NCBI RefSeq assembly: GCF_036321535.1 | Contig: NC_087438.1 | Span: 6,822,001-6,886,000 of the forward strand | Reading direction: 5' to 3' | From: Camelus dromedarius | Lineage: Eukaryota | Length of the DNA: 64,000 nt | Position numbers and translations under genes: made by a program | Notes under the pieces: model-generated | What the model saw: the letters and a program-made list of their open reading frames with translations, nothing else | Databases searched by the model: none | What the model was told of the DNA's origin: nothing | Shown here: piece after piece, positions 13,490 to 27,190 of the stretch | Numbering within the stretch: position 1 is the stretch's first letter | How the letters are laid out: each line of letters starts with the position of its first letter

Positions 13490-14260
13490 CTTAGTCATGT
13501 ACAAAACAAAAAACTCACTGGCTTAATGAACAACTTGCTCATGCAAAGTTATTGGTGGATCCAACAAACCTTCAGGGCAGCTGTCCTCCAAGTATGGGGC
13601 TCAGCCTTCTAGGCTGCTCTGAACCTGTGTCTCCTCCCTAGTGCCCACAGCAGGGGAGAAAGTGCTGAGGGGTTCTGTGCTGGACAGCTCCCTCTGTCCT
13701 TCCAGAGCCCCTGGCCAGCATTTTGAAACCTGTTCAGAGTTGCAAGAGTCTGATCTGTGTGATCTTGTCCTCTGGTTCTCGTTGCATTTGACCACTGGGT
13801 TGCAGAAGCTGAGTGAGTTCAGTGTTATTCCTGCACTCACTGTCTGTGGGTCACGGCGGCCTGGCTGTATCCCTCTATTGATGACCAGAACTCTCTCTTT
13901 CTGTCTCCATTCGGATAACTGTCCCCTTCTCTTGTCTTTCAAGCCCAAGTGCTATAATGCCTCCCTCCTGTTACTACCCCCAGAGTGTGCACCATCCCTT
14001 GCTGCTTTCTTAAAACCTAGCCCACACCTCTGCCAACACTTTTACAAACTTAAAATCCGACTCACTCCTTTAGTAAACTCTCTTCAATTACCCAAATTTT
14101 AAGTAATTTGGTCTGAAAATGGCCCACGTCCCATCCACTTGAAATCATTGACAGAATTAGTCACATGACCTGCTTCACTACAATAGGCCTGGGAAGTTTA
14201 ATCCCCTCAATTACCCAGAAGAAAGTAGAACTCAATATTGGTGAAGACCAGAAGTCTTTA
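13490..14260 (-). mobile_element. MLT1-type LTR split by an inserted LTR
   Basis: Left part cactggctta...gcagctgtcctccaag...gctcag; right part ttagtcacatgacc...ctgggaag...cccagaagaaag...atattggtgaa. Confidence 0.55.
13700..14105 (+). mobile_element. LTR33-like ERVL LTR fragment
   Basis: Ends taaactctcttcaattacccaaatttt, resembling the LTR33 3' region. Confidence 0.45.
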
Positions 14261-17164
14261 TCACAGAGGCCCAGCAATCGACGTAACGTGATTTACGTGA
14301 TAATTAGAGAGAAAATGGTCACTTTGCCACTTTTATCATTAGAAACAGCACATAACTCATCACAATTCCTTTCTGGTGTGATTGCAGACAGCTGGAGCAG
14401 CTCCAAAAGCAGTGATCAGATACAAAATTGCCAAATTAACCTCCAGTTGGCAATCAGATTGAGATAGCTGTTTCCTCTCAGGTTAGAGAAGATTGACCAT
14501 TAGCTCTTTAGAAAAATAAGCAAGGCAAGTCGCAGACCTTCTGCAGTATTGATCAGGTGTGCCCTCACATACAAAACGTTGCAGAGTGGCTTTCAAAGAG
14601 CTCATACACAACTGCCACAGAAAGGGCAGAAATACAATGCTATCTTTGAAGTACTTTGTCTGCTGATTGATTAAAACAACCAGACAGAGGTAGACATGAT
14701 ACCCAATCTTGAACAGATGTGCCGAGGGCATGAGGATGACTAAAGTATTAGAGTCAGGAGACCCCAGACCATGCTCTCCTAGGAACTGGCTGGATGCCCT
14801 TGTCCACATCTTCTTAGTCTGGTTTCTTATGTGCAAATTGAGACAACTGGATCAAGAGCTTTTTAACCTGTGATATATGGAAATATCATGAGAGTTGCTA
14901 AAACTGTGCAAATTTTGGAATATACTCATAGATGTGATTTTATTTTTCTTTTTTACAGAAAGGATTCACAGGTTTCAAAAGACACCAAAATATCCTTTAC
15001 CTCTCCTCTCAGGAAAAGGTTAAAACCAATGGAGTGCATGACCTCCAATGATTCTTCCAGATCTAACATTTGATGATCCTATTACCACTTCTGGTCAATA
15101 TTATTGGTCAGATGACAAAACATATAACATGTTCTCATAAAATAATGAAATTGTCTTTGTATGGAGATAGCACGTAGTTGACCCTCTAAGTATGTAACTG
15201 TGAATCTGAATCTAATTTTTTTTAAATTTTTGAACATGCCATCTTCAGAAGTTCATGGAAACATCTGTAATGATATTTTCTATTTCTTTTTCCATTGCTT
15301 ACTCAGTGATGAGTCCTTCACTTGTTTTAATTTCATATTTTGATTATACTCTTAGTGACTCTATATAGAACAAGAGGTTGACAATAATTTCTTCCAAATG
15401 AAGTTAGAGGACACACTTTAGTTAAACTACTCAGCTTTGAGCCAAGATCCTAAAACACCTATTTAAATAACTAGTAACGGTTCTGCACAAACGCTTGTCC
15501 AAAGAATAAACTTTAAAATGGTTATGAGCAGCTCTTAATGGACCAAATTTTCTAACTTACATGTCCTAAGGTCCCTATGCCTCGGCTCTCGGCTTCACTG
15601 TCCAGTTGGTTTAATCAGCCATAGGTTCAGGTTTACTTGCGTTTTAATTGGTTCCTTAACGAATCGTGCACTGACTACTTGGTAGTACATTTACAGATAA
15701 TCTTACAAAGTCTTCCTTTCTGCCAACTTCAATTTGCCCATAGAAACCAATCTTAGAAGGTTTGGGATGTCAGAGTATTATGGTTGGTAGCTTCCCAAGG
15801 AAACAAGGGAAAGAGGAAAATATTTAATATGACTCAAAAGCATGATTAATACCCACAGGCATACATCAGAGATTGAACATCTTTTTTTTTTTTAAACAGT
15901 GCTTTGTGCTCAGTTAAGAAAATTTTCCATCCTAGCAAAATTAGAGTGTGTTTGGGGTGAGGCTGACTACATCTTCAGTCTTGAGAGAGGGATTTCAATG
16001 TGCAGATTCTCACAAAGACAGTTGAGTGTGTGTCCTGTTAGCCAGTGTCCCGTCAGTCAAGGTTAGCTTTTGGCAATGGCCAAAAATAAGGATGAGGGAC
16101 TCCCGTCCTCAGTGTTATAGCCTCAGGACCCTCACAGGCACACACACTGTTGTGTGCTTGAACACACAACTCCCACTTAGGGATTCTTAGCTGAGATATC
16201 AGCATTAAATTCTTGTCCAGTGCTGTCTTCCTATAATTTCCACTTTAGGTTTTAAAATTTTTTTTGGATGAGACATGGGATTGGTCAGGTGGGCTAATTC
16301 CAAAGATTATGGTTCGTTAGCCTAATTCTGCATATCTGAAAAGCAGAATTATCAAGCGTGCTCCAAACATGGACTCAGAAACAGACAAATCCAACGAGCT
16401 GCTTGGTGTTCGATGAACGACATGAACCAGACAGACTGTTAGAAAATGGTGTTTTGAAAGGATCATTTTCAAGTTCACAAAATCACAACTGTTGTACAAG
16501 ATAAAACGAACATATGCAACTGATTCGAAGAAGAATCTTAAGACCAAATTATCTCTAGAACATCTAAAATGCTGAATGTGCCGATATATGCAAAACTAGG
16601 CACAAAATGTAATCTTTGTAATGATGTTTGGATCATCTTTTCTACAGGGTAGAAATCAATTGTATTGCTGCTGACAAAATTCATCTGCATTTCTGCAGGC
16701 AAGAGTTGTTCGCATTTCGACCAGGCTTCTACTACTTACAGAGCTGTGATACTGCCTAGACAAAGGCGATCAAAGGTGCATCCCTCTGTAGAGTTAAAGA
16801 GCCCTGGACGACCTGCTAGACAATTTCCAGCACTCTGTTTAAAAGGACAACCTTAACAGTCTTTCAAAAATTTTCCCAACAGATCTGTCCTGAGACTCAG
16901 AAACACTATCTCCTAATACTATGCTTGATGGTGAGAGTGCTGGTCTCGCTGGGTTTGGCCTTTTTTCTTTAGGTCCTGCAAGAGTGCTAATTAACCATGC
17001 ATTTGCTTTGTAAATTGAAAATCATGAGTTCGGAGCTACCACTAAGGCCACAGAATTAACTTCTATCTGGAAGTTTTCATAAGGAGATTTCCATATTTTC
17101 ACAAGCAGATTGAATTTTATTTTTCAAAGCCTCTATCAATTGCTGTCCAGAAGCTAGGAAACCA

Positions 17165-20100
17165 CCTCAAAGAAACTCTCTCCACCAGATGTCATTTGCT
17201 GTATCTGCAAATTGGGGTGAACTTCAATGTCCCCAAAACTTGCTAAGTTTCTTCGTCTGTCAGGAAGTGACTTTCCTCAGCCATCAGTAAGGCCAGGACT
17301 GTAAATCAGGTTAACCCTAATGGATAACCTTTTTTCTTTAAAATACCTTGTGACTGGTGACTCCTGATTAAATAACAGTTCTTTTCAAATATGATACCCC
17401 TTGAATGGCCTTGGTTGCACAATCTAATTATACTCTGGTAAAAAATGGGGACAGATTTGCAGTAAACCTCTATAAATAATGATATTGGCATGAAAAGAAT
17501 CCTTAAGAACTGGTGAGTCCTGAGGGTTGATTGAGAGGGATATGATTTCTAAATGTCTTATTTCCCTTTACAGAAGCAGAGTCAACTTAATCGTTCATGA
17601 TGACTCAGAAAGAAAGAAAGGGCTCTTAATATAAACATAGAATTCCACACAACCAATCACAACAAAATTTCTGTCATCGGTTCATTCATTCTCTTTTTCG
17701 GCTGGGACATGTGTCAGCAGCCTGTTTCCTGAAGCCATCTGGGTCCAGACTAAAAAGAGTCTTGGAGCTCCTGCCTTAGTCCAGTGGTCGAATTTGACAT
17801 CCTTTAAATGATGTCAGTTCAGAAACCTGTACCCAAGCATCTCTACTTTGAAGAATCAACAGATCAAAGTATTTGCTGCTATAGCCCTTTCCATGAGGAT
17901 CGAAGACTAAAGGCAAACCTTCCACTGGTACCTTATAGTAGAGCCTCAGAGTAAAACCAAAATTATCTATAGATGACAAAGTCTTAGTGATTACCATCAT
18001 CTACAATATCAGAATGCAGGAAGGTAACTCCCTTTTGGAGTGCAGTACCTAATTATATCGTAAGGGTTGGATCAGTGCATCCCCTGAGAGTAAGATAAAC
18101 CTCCAGTGTCTTCTCGTAAGGCACACACTGTCTGGAATACTTATCTTAATAACATTGTATCTCAACAAACTCAAGAGAAGGCTAAACATCTCTTCTGATT
18201 TGATGTCTTTTCCCATGTAGCCCTTGTGATAGCCCTGAGCTAATTTACGAGATACATAGCACGTTAGACAAATTTAATTATTTCTAGTGTTTCTCTTTTT
18301 ACAAGGTAAAAAGTAAATAAATCTTGGAGATTGCCCTGGGGCCTTTGTGAAATCTCAAACAGTTTTGGGTGTAAAAGATATCCTGAAGTTTTTATTTAAT
18401 TTTTTCTAAATATAGGAGCCAGCCTTTGTAAGGCAAAATCAAAACAGCTGTCAGAGATTTTAGGCACTTGATTTGGATTAGATCGTAGATCTGAGAACCA
18501 ACTGCATGGTGACCTGTTTAATCAAAGTAACAACAAAATGTTTTGAAATACATATAAAAGGCAATAAACTCGTAAAGAACCTCACCTCTTTCACAAATGA
18601 GAAAACTTTGTTCTTTAGGGTTTTTTTTTAAACAATCAAGGACATAATAAAGTCAACATAAAGCATAAAAAAATTATTCTGGTAGACACAGGTTCTCTGC
18701 TATGTAGACAGATTTTGCAAAAGGTAAAAGAATATTGTTTCATCTTGTAAACAAAAGCATTATTCAGTAAACCAATGAAACCAATCCATCAAAAATGAGC
18801 AAACTTGGCTAAAATTTTAGCTTATTTTATGCCTTCTTTTCAGATTCAGTTATTATAAACCAAATCAAACAAAATTTATTTTTCAGGTCTTGTTTTTTTC
18901 AAGTTTTTCCTATTCTGGAAGGAACTGACTCTTACATTAGAAAAAAAACTACTCTTTTTCCTTAGAAAATAAAGGAACACACCCACTTGCATTGCTCTCT
19001 CATCATCATTGTTGTCTTGCCTCAACTTGTGTGTCAATTAGAGCTCCCGACCAGGTGAGAATTTTCCACTTCATAGAGAAGACTAGAGAATATGTGACTG
19101 AGAACAGTCTGTCATCCTGCACTTTTTTAGCAGAATAATATAGCTTGTGAACATATTTAACACAGCTTTCTACAGCCACATGCATCCCTTTTAGACCTTC
19201 TTAAGGTGGCAAAAATGAACACATTCATTAACATGATCCAAAGATACAGACTCTTAGAGCATATAGACATATGATGCTTAAAGTTATGCTTAGACATTAA
19301 TATTTCAGTATTCCACACCACTTAGAAAATAGGTATCCAAGAATTATCGATTAATTTGCTCCATTTAATGTCAATGTAAATTACCTAAAGAGCTTGGAAA
19401 TTATGTTTAAGCTGACATATTACAAAACATAGTTACTATTGATATAAAAACTTTGTTGCAATAATGATTCAATTTAGTTGAGCACAAATTACTTTTCATA
19501 ATCTTATCATTGTGTGGTATTATTATTAGCTTATTTGATCATGAAACCTGCATAATTTTAGGAAATTCAGACTGACTGTTCTCCTCATGAATGAGTAAAT
19601 CAACCAAGTAAGATAACATATATACTTACATAGAGTTAATACTGGCAAGTCAGACAAAAAACAGGTCCATTTTGAAAACTGTAATTATTAAACCAGTCCA
19701 ATTTGCCAAATCTATATCTTAATTATGTACACTTGGGTTCTTAAAATGTTTCTGATCTAGTGGAATAATTTTTAAGGTAACTCAAATTACTAGAAATTCA
19801 ATTTTACTGCTTTAGGGAATTTTATGAAGGTTTATTTATATACGTTTATCTCTATAAACAATCAGAAGAGTGCTTCTTTTGTGCTTCTGATTCATTAGCA
19901 CCCTCTAGAGACAGGGGAAAAACACAAGGAAAGAAAAATGCCTTTCTGAATTACAGACACAGTCATGCAGACACCAAGGCATGTGGAGAACTTACAGCTT
20001 CAGATCTACAACAGCTGCCCCAAAGGTAAACACAGACACACAAAAACTCTGTGGCCCGCATCTTAAAGCTTGTTCCTCTCAGAAATTCTTAATTGATTAG

Positions 20101-20495
20101 AGTTCAAAATAGACAAATGAACAAAAAGGACTAAAAATATGAATTCCCTGTTGTCTGTCATCCAAAAGAGAAGAGATCACTATTCTCTGTCTATAGAAAT
20201 TAATAAACCATAGAGGATAGAACTAAATTTTCAATCACTGCTGACTCCAATGGGGAATAAATTAGCTTCTATGTGAAGTACCTGTGTGAACCAAAGACAG
20301 AACACAAAGTCAGGGAAAAAGAAGACAATGAAACAGAGCACCAACCATATTAAAATTCAATAGTCACTTGGAACTCAGACTAGAAGCCAAGAAAAAAAAC
20401 CACAAAAACACTGAGGCTTAAGCCGCCCCAGATGTGTGCTTCTCCAGCAAGACAGTTGTCGGGTAAATCCTGACATCTCAATGGGACCTCCAAAC
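17165..20495 (-). mobile_element. Degenerate ERV1 (gamma-like, MER4/MER34-group-like) internal sequence
   Basis: tRNA-Gln PBS at the right end; integrase C-terminal-like peptide FDPHGKGY...LQSRDAWVQVSEL in minus ORF 17776-18000; long AT-rich internal region typical of non-autonomous ERV1. Confidence 0.7.
20475..20492 (-). other. Retroviral primer-binding site (tRNA-Gln)
   Basis: Minus strand TGGAGGTCCCATTGAGAT versus PBS-Gln TGGAGGTCCCACCGAGAT (16/18; both differences are C>T). Confidence 0.7.
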
Positions 20496-21699
20496 TAGCA
20501 AAGAATCCTTTTCAAATAGTAAAAACCATGGTTCTCCCATGAACATAAAGTAAACAAATGTGAAGGATTTTAATTTCCTCATCAATTAATGAGGGAACTC
20601 TGATATTTAAGCATGTGTGCCTGGGATGTTCGGCTGGAGTTGGCGGACCACATCATTTCACACAGCTCCCCCGGGTCAAAGACGTGGAGGCGGACAGAGG
20701 TGACACAATTCTCTAATCCTACTGGTGGACCATCGTATCTGTCACAGGCTCTCTGTAACTCTGCAGTCATTATAGACATTCATTATTTAAAATTTGGTTT
20801 GTGTAACTGTTAAAATGCAGTCGAAGTTTAGTTGGCTAGATAAGTTGGATGGCCAAGCTGAGCAGTCATCTTCAGTGTTCTGGGCAGCACATCATCGTAC
20901 AAGGAGGCTGAAACTGTGGGCTGTTTCCAGCACGGACACTGACCAGCTGCGCTGCCCACTCTAGAGGTCCAGTATCTCATCCATAAAATGAAGAGTGAAG
21001 ATGGATGTGCTCCGAACGCCTTTCCAGCTCCAAGGTCGATGGCAATATTCTCAGCGAAAGGTCAACAGGCCCCTGCACTGTGCTCACCCGGGATGCTTGA
21101 ACAATCAATAATTTTCTGATGTGTTATGTTTACTGATAAATAACTTGGCCTGAAATGCCTTTCATGCTTGGTTAGGGTAATTCTCTCAGTAACTGCAAGT
21201 CCAAATTATTTCTGTCATAACTGTAAACAAACTTATCCTAGATGTGTTAAGACATATTCTTGGGTACTCTGTACATCTTTCAAGCCCTTAAAAATCTGAA
21301 GGCTAATCTAAACTGGCATGTTTTAGATTATTCAAGAAGAAAAATAATGACTTTTAATACTAGTCTTTTAGGTTTTATGAAGCTTTTGATGGGGTATAAT
21401 AGCACATATCATAAACACTGACAAAATTTTGAAAGTTCTTTTTAATAAAATATAAAATACTCAATATCTACATCCAAGTCAGGCATGAAAAATCAGTGTT
21501 TAACACTGGATGTTTCATGTTTTATGTTCATATTATAATGTTTAAAATGCAAGTATAACATTTAAATATTTGTCAACTTGGTTTTACAACAATAGGTCTT
21601 AAATTACTAAGCTTTATTTATTCATATGTTCTCATACTTTTTCCAATGACTGTAAGGAATTACTTATGATATATTAAAAACTCCCTTAAACACCTTCCA

Positions 21700-21830
21700 A
21701 AATAATAATAATTTCTGGTCCCCTCCATAGACACACCAAGTAGAATTGGGGTGAGATCCAGAAGTCTGCATTTTAAATAATACCCATATTATTCTTATAT
21801 AAACTGAAGTTTGAAAGTCATTAGTGTATG
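21700..21830. mobile_element. MER5A-like DNA transposon
   Basis: ggggtgagatccagaagtctgcattttaaataatacccat...attctta...aagtttgaaagtcatt. Confidence 0.6.
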
Positions 21831-22129
21831 GAATTTTTCCCCTGGGGGAAAAACAGTTATGATTGAAAACTAATTTTTTAAGTTTTCTGGTAAATGATAC
21901 ATTACTCGGTCCCTTCAAAGCAAGGTCACTCATATTGAAACTTTTCTGGGATGATGTTAAGAAGAAACCAGGTTTGTCACTATTTTTAAAGTGGTAGTTT
22001 ACCGCAATTTATTATACATGGCATAACATTTAGAGTGTATGCTCAGCTTCACCAAAAAGCAGCTGTGAACTAACATGCAGTTCCCATTACTCATTCCTAT
22101 TGCCTTTCGCTTCCTTTTTCCTTATCAAT

Positions 22130-23270
22130 GATTTAAAGAAAATTAGTAAAACCAAAAGCTGGTTCTTTGAAAAAAAATCAATAAACTCAATAAACCTCTC
22201 ACCATACTAACTGACACAAAGCAAAAAAAGACACAAATTACCAATAGCTGGAATGAAAGAGGAGTCATCACTACTGACCCCATGGGCATTAAAAAGTTAA
22301 CAAAATTCTATGATTAATACTATGCCAGTGAATTTTCTAGCTTAGATGAAATTCCTTGCAAAACACAAACTACCAAAACTTAACACAAGAAGTTTTTAAA
22401 ATAAGCTTATATTTATTGAAGAAATTAAATTAATAACTGATAACCTTCCAAAATAGAAAGCACCAGACCAGACGGGTTCATGATGAATTCCACCAAGCAC
22501 TTAAGGAAGAAGTAATATCAATTCTCTACAAACTCTTCTAGAAGATAGAAGTAGAGGAAACACTTTCAAACTCATGCCCTGAGGACAGCATTACCATAAT
22601 ATCAAAACCAAAGACATTACAAGAAAGGAAAACTACAGGCTAGTATTTATCATAAACACAGATTTAAAAATCCTTTCTAAAAAGTAGCAAATGAATTCCA
22701 ACAATGTATAAAAATAATTAGACATTACAATCAAGTGGGAAATAGTTTTAAGTATGCAAAGCTGTTTCAACATTCAAAAATCAATCACTGTAAATCACCA
22801 TGTCAGTAGATTAAAGGAGAAAAATCATATAATCATGTTAATTGATGCAGAAAAAGGCATTAAAAGTTTCAGCACCCAGCCATGGTAAAAAAAAAATATC
22901 AGCACACAGAAAAGAGAGAGGAACCTTCTCAACTTTGTTTAAAAACCTCCAAAACCAAGTAGCTGACATTATACTTAATGGTGAGAGACGAGATGCTTTC
23001 CTCTAAAGACTGGGGGAAAGGTAAGATGTCTTCTTTCATCATTCTTATTAGATGCCATACTAGAAATTGTAAGTAGTGCAATAAAACAAGAAAAATAAAT
23101 AAAAGTTATACCGGTTGGAAAGGAAGAAAAAAAAACCATCTTTATTTGAAGGTATGATTGTCTATGCAGAAAATTCCAAAGAATCTACAAAATAACTCCT
23201 GGAACTAATAAGAGAATATAACAGAGTCAAAGGATAGAACATTAACACACAAAAGGCAATTGCTTCCTTG
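22130..23270 (+). mobile_element. Ancient L1 ORF2 fragment (RT region), disrupted
   Basis: aaaaccaaaagctggttctttgaaa, gaaagcaccagaccagacgggttca, ttcaacattcaaaaatcaatc, attgatgcagaaaaaggcatt, ctcctggaactaataag; many stops and frameshifts. Confidence 0.92.
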
Positions 23271-26200
23271 TAAATGGTTTATCTTTCATTGTGGAAAAAA
23301 GTTAATCCAAATAAATGGATATTGCCACTCTGAGAAGATTGCAGCCAAATTAAGGAGAAAAATACTCTTAACCCCTGGGGAATTAATAATCTTCTGAAAA
23401 AGTAGCACCACACATGCTTTTTTAAAAATTACTTTGTTTATTTTAGATTTTCCTAGGAGTTGGATGAGAGAAAGGATTCTACTGAAAAGTCAGGTATTAA
23501 ATTGTAATGACCTAAATAGAGAAGATGGTCCTGATGGTTATACTCTAATAACAGGAAAAAAAAGCTGTATAGTTTGATGAAAGAAAATGAGGATTTATCT
23601 TTCTTTTCTACAAATGATAAAATGGAAGACCTAAATCTCTATGCTACTTCAAAAGTTCAGAAGGATAGAGGAAACGTTTGCAAAATAATTCTGATAATTT
23701 CTTCTTTTTTTTAAACAAGAACTATTTGTCATTTTCTCTAAACTCCATCTGCCTCTTGAAACATTTTTGTATAGATGTTTAGTGCTTTTGCTCAGTTATC
23801 CAGTGGGTTACGATTCTCTGAGCCTGCTCCCTCTGACGATTGTGTGTGTAACAGCAATTACTACTCTGTTACTGAACAGCCCCCTAATTGCTGCAATGAA
23901 ACCAGGCATAAATGTTCAGACCACATCCTAGCCTGGCTCCAGACAGTTTTGGTTTATGAAGCCCATTTTACCCAGCTTTTTGTGGAGCTCCACTGAACAG
24001 TTTTCCAGAACCCTGACATCAAAGAAAATCTCCAAATCCTGGAGCTAGTTCCATGTGCTTCTCCAGAGAGGTGCAGCGGTAGGAGCCTGCAAGACTTTTA
24101 AATGGCATTTTTTTTTTTTAGGCTGGTTCACATGGGTCCCCATGAGACTTGCACCACCCACCATCATTTTTCTGAATACTCAGACCCTCAAAGACCCAAA
24201 AAAAATTCATCAAAGCACCACATCCCCCTATTCCATCATGAGACTGTTGAGACCCTTTCTTTAGCCTCACGTTGTTAATGATAGAAGAATATCCTGTCTA
24301 AATTCCTTCCACCCTTACCAAGCAGGCTAGAGCTAACAAGGATGGCTCTCCAGCCTACCCAGCACTCCTTTCACCGTTCCCACACCCACCTACGCGACCC
24401 CCAAAATGAAAGAACCTAAGAAGCAAAATGTCTATTCAAGGGAATTTGTACACCTAAAGGTACAAAACGGGATATTATACGTTTTATATCTTTCAGGAGA
24501 ATCAAAAGACCGCAATCTTGGATTATTACAATTACTAAAACCTAGTTTATATCACCAGCTTCACAGAGAATAAAAAATACATTGCGTTTCACAGCATTTC
24601 AAACTAAATTATATTGCTGGTAATGCATCCTTCCCCACCCACAACAAAAACACCATTTGTGTTACTACGTGCGTAAGTGTGTCAGTGTGCTGTAACAGAG
24701 ATGGTACATTGTCCTGGGAGCGTTCATCTTTCCGGAACAGGTTTCTGTGTGAAAGCTGGCAGTGATCTGAATCTTTTCCTTTCATTCCCCGTAAAGCTGC
24801 TAACAAATCTAGGCTTGACACCTGCTTGTTAGAATTCAGGAAGGAAAGGGTGGCAAACTTCACACTACTTGGGGAGAGGATCTCTTTCAGAAACACCCTT
24901 CTGGCAACGGAGAATGATTTGCAGTTTGTAAGAGTTCCTTGTCTCTAACCTTATACAGGAAATATTTCCTCTGGGACAAGGCACTTTGCCTAAATTGGAA
25001 ACAGAAAGATTTCTCTTTGGGGAATTCCTATCAAAGAGAAGGAAAAAACATGTCCCATTGCCATTTCTCAATGGAATTCTCTTCTAGAAACACTCATCAA
25101 GATAACAAAAGATAACATTCCAGGAAGCCTCATTACACAGGGCCACTTCAGAGAAAAGTATGCATGGATTTGTGACAACAGAAGGTAACCACTGAAGCGT
25201 GGGTATAAATTCACGTCTGCTCTTCCTCAGTGATGTCCCTATCAAAACCTTGTTTAAGCTTAACCTTAGGAGAATTCGTTGTGTAGGATTTAAAATAAAC
25301 TGAAGAAGTAGAATTGAGAAACTCACCAAAAAAGAGGTGTGAGAAATATTCTGTAAGAGAGAAAACAGCAGTGCCAGCATTCACTCTATGACTCCGTGAA
25401 GCCCAGAGAAACCTGGAAAAGGAAGCAATGAGGAGCGATCGTCTACAGATGGGCCAGATGTGCAGCGACATCTGAAAACCTGCGCTGCCGCGGGGCAGGC
25501 AGGGAGGGAAGTGGGAATCCAGAGAACAAAGGGAAGCACAGGAAGGCAGCAGGTACCAAGTAGGGGAAGCCGCGGCGTGCGGCAGAGAACTGAAGCCATC
25601 AAAACCACGGTGACGGGGCTTCGGACTCCGCCAGGAACAAAGCAGTCGGAAATAAACCTGAAACAGACGGTTTTCAGACGAATTGCCGAGTGCGCCTAAC
25701 CAACCTAGGGCATCGCTGCCCAGCTGGTAAAACAATGTGGAAAATGAAAGTGGGTGTTTGTGGAAATTCAAAACGGGAAATAGCACAAGACTCCCATCAC
25801 TTCACAGTTTAGGGAGGATGAAAGAGAAGATACAAAAGACTGAAGGGAAAATCGAAGTGACCTCGTAGCCTTTATCCCCCCCGCCCCCAGATTTCCACAG
25901 GGATGCTGCTCGGAAATAAATTAAAAGGTCATGTGTTTAACAGTCAGACAGCAGAAGGATAACAAGGGGCCTTGGGAGCAGAGGGGTGATAGACAGTCTG
26001 TGGGAGTCAAAGTTAGGTTTTGAAAAACTAAATGCAAAACTCATCATTATTTTACCCTAATCCTGGGAAGAACTATAAATCTTTTATGCATCTGACATCT
26101 TCATAAAAGTGAGTCAATGTAGCAATCACTTTTAGGTTCCCTGGGAGGACTTAACTTCTCATATTTGTCCCAACATTTTTTGTTGCTTTTTAGGAAAACC

Positions 26201-27024
26201 CTTAGTTCTATAGAGATTTCAAAGGTCACGTTTGAAACTATCTTTCAGATTAAAATGCCTTGGTAGTATTGGGGTTTTTAAGATGAAAATAATTTCTGGT
26301 TGGCATTTTTGAGCTGCTTCCAGGATCTTATTTAAATACTTGTAAAGATTACCTATAAAGACAAAACTGTTACTTCCCACAAAACTAAGACTCACAGTCA
26401 ATCAGCTTATCACTTGGGTCTAGGGGAAGTTCTGCTAAGGAAAAGGCAAATTTAAGAAGATTTACATTGTATTTACTAATATATATACTCCCTACACGTA
26501 TGAACATACAGGCAATGATTGTTAACCTCAAAGAAGACCACCTTCGTCAGATGGGTCTTATAACCCATGAAAAGGCTGTGATCGCAGATTCACCCCCAGC
26601 CTCCAGGTCATTCACACCCTCTGCATCCTAACTCAGAAGTGCATCTGTATGGAAAACAGTTTCTCCCAATGTATCAAACAAAAGCAGATGGCAAAGGAAC
26701 CCCATGATCCCAGTTTTAGAAGCCAGACCTGAAAAAAAAAGAGCTAGAGATTTTGACCGAGACTTATGCATAAAGTTGTATGTGGCACCTTTTAAAAATC
26801 CAGTTAAGAAATAAGCAACCACCTAAACAACCACAAGCAAGGGAAAGGTTAAATAAATCATGATATAGACGTCAGGTTACTTATTAAAAACTATGTCTGG
26901 GGTAAATAACATGGGAACATGCTCACAATACAATATCAGATAATGAAAAGTAGAAAATAAAATTTATTTACACTATGAAGCCAAATATGTTATCACACAC
27001 ACACACATCTAGAAAAAGCCTGAA

Positions 27025-27027
<3 letters not shown>

Positions 27028-27093
<66 letters not shown>

Positions 27094-27190
27094 TGTATGA
27101 CTGAAGAATTGTACTGTACACCGGAAGTTGACACAACATTATAAACTGACTATACCTCAATATAAACAAACAAACAAACAAACAAACATA
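27028..27190 (+). mobile_element. Short L1 3' end with expanded (AT)n head and (CAAA)n tail
   Basis: (AT)n of about 31 units, then tcatgtatgactgaag...gacacaacattataaactgactatacctcaat, then (aaac)n. Confidence 0.85.

Noticed and set aside
16060..16175. miRNA-like hairpin
   Set aside because: Only several short independent stems, with no single long precursor-type stem
16430..16580. hAT transposase C-terminal remnant (CFERIIF...KLSLEHLK)
   Set aside because: Similarity too weak and spacing inconsistent to support without a profile search
25211..25786. 191-aa minus ORF
   Set aside because: Leu/Ser/Phe-rich translation of a pyrimidine-rich strand with no recognisable family
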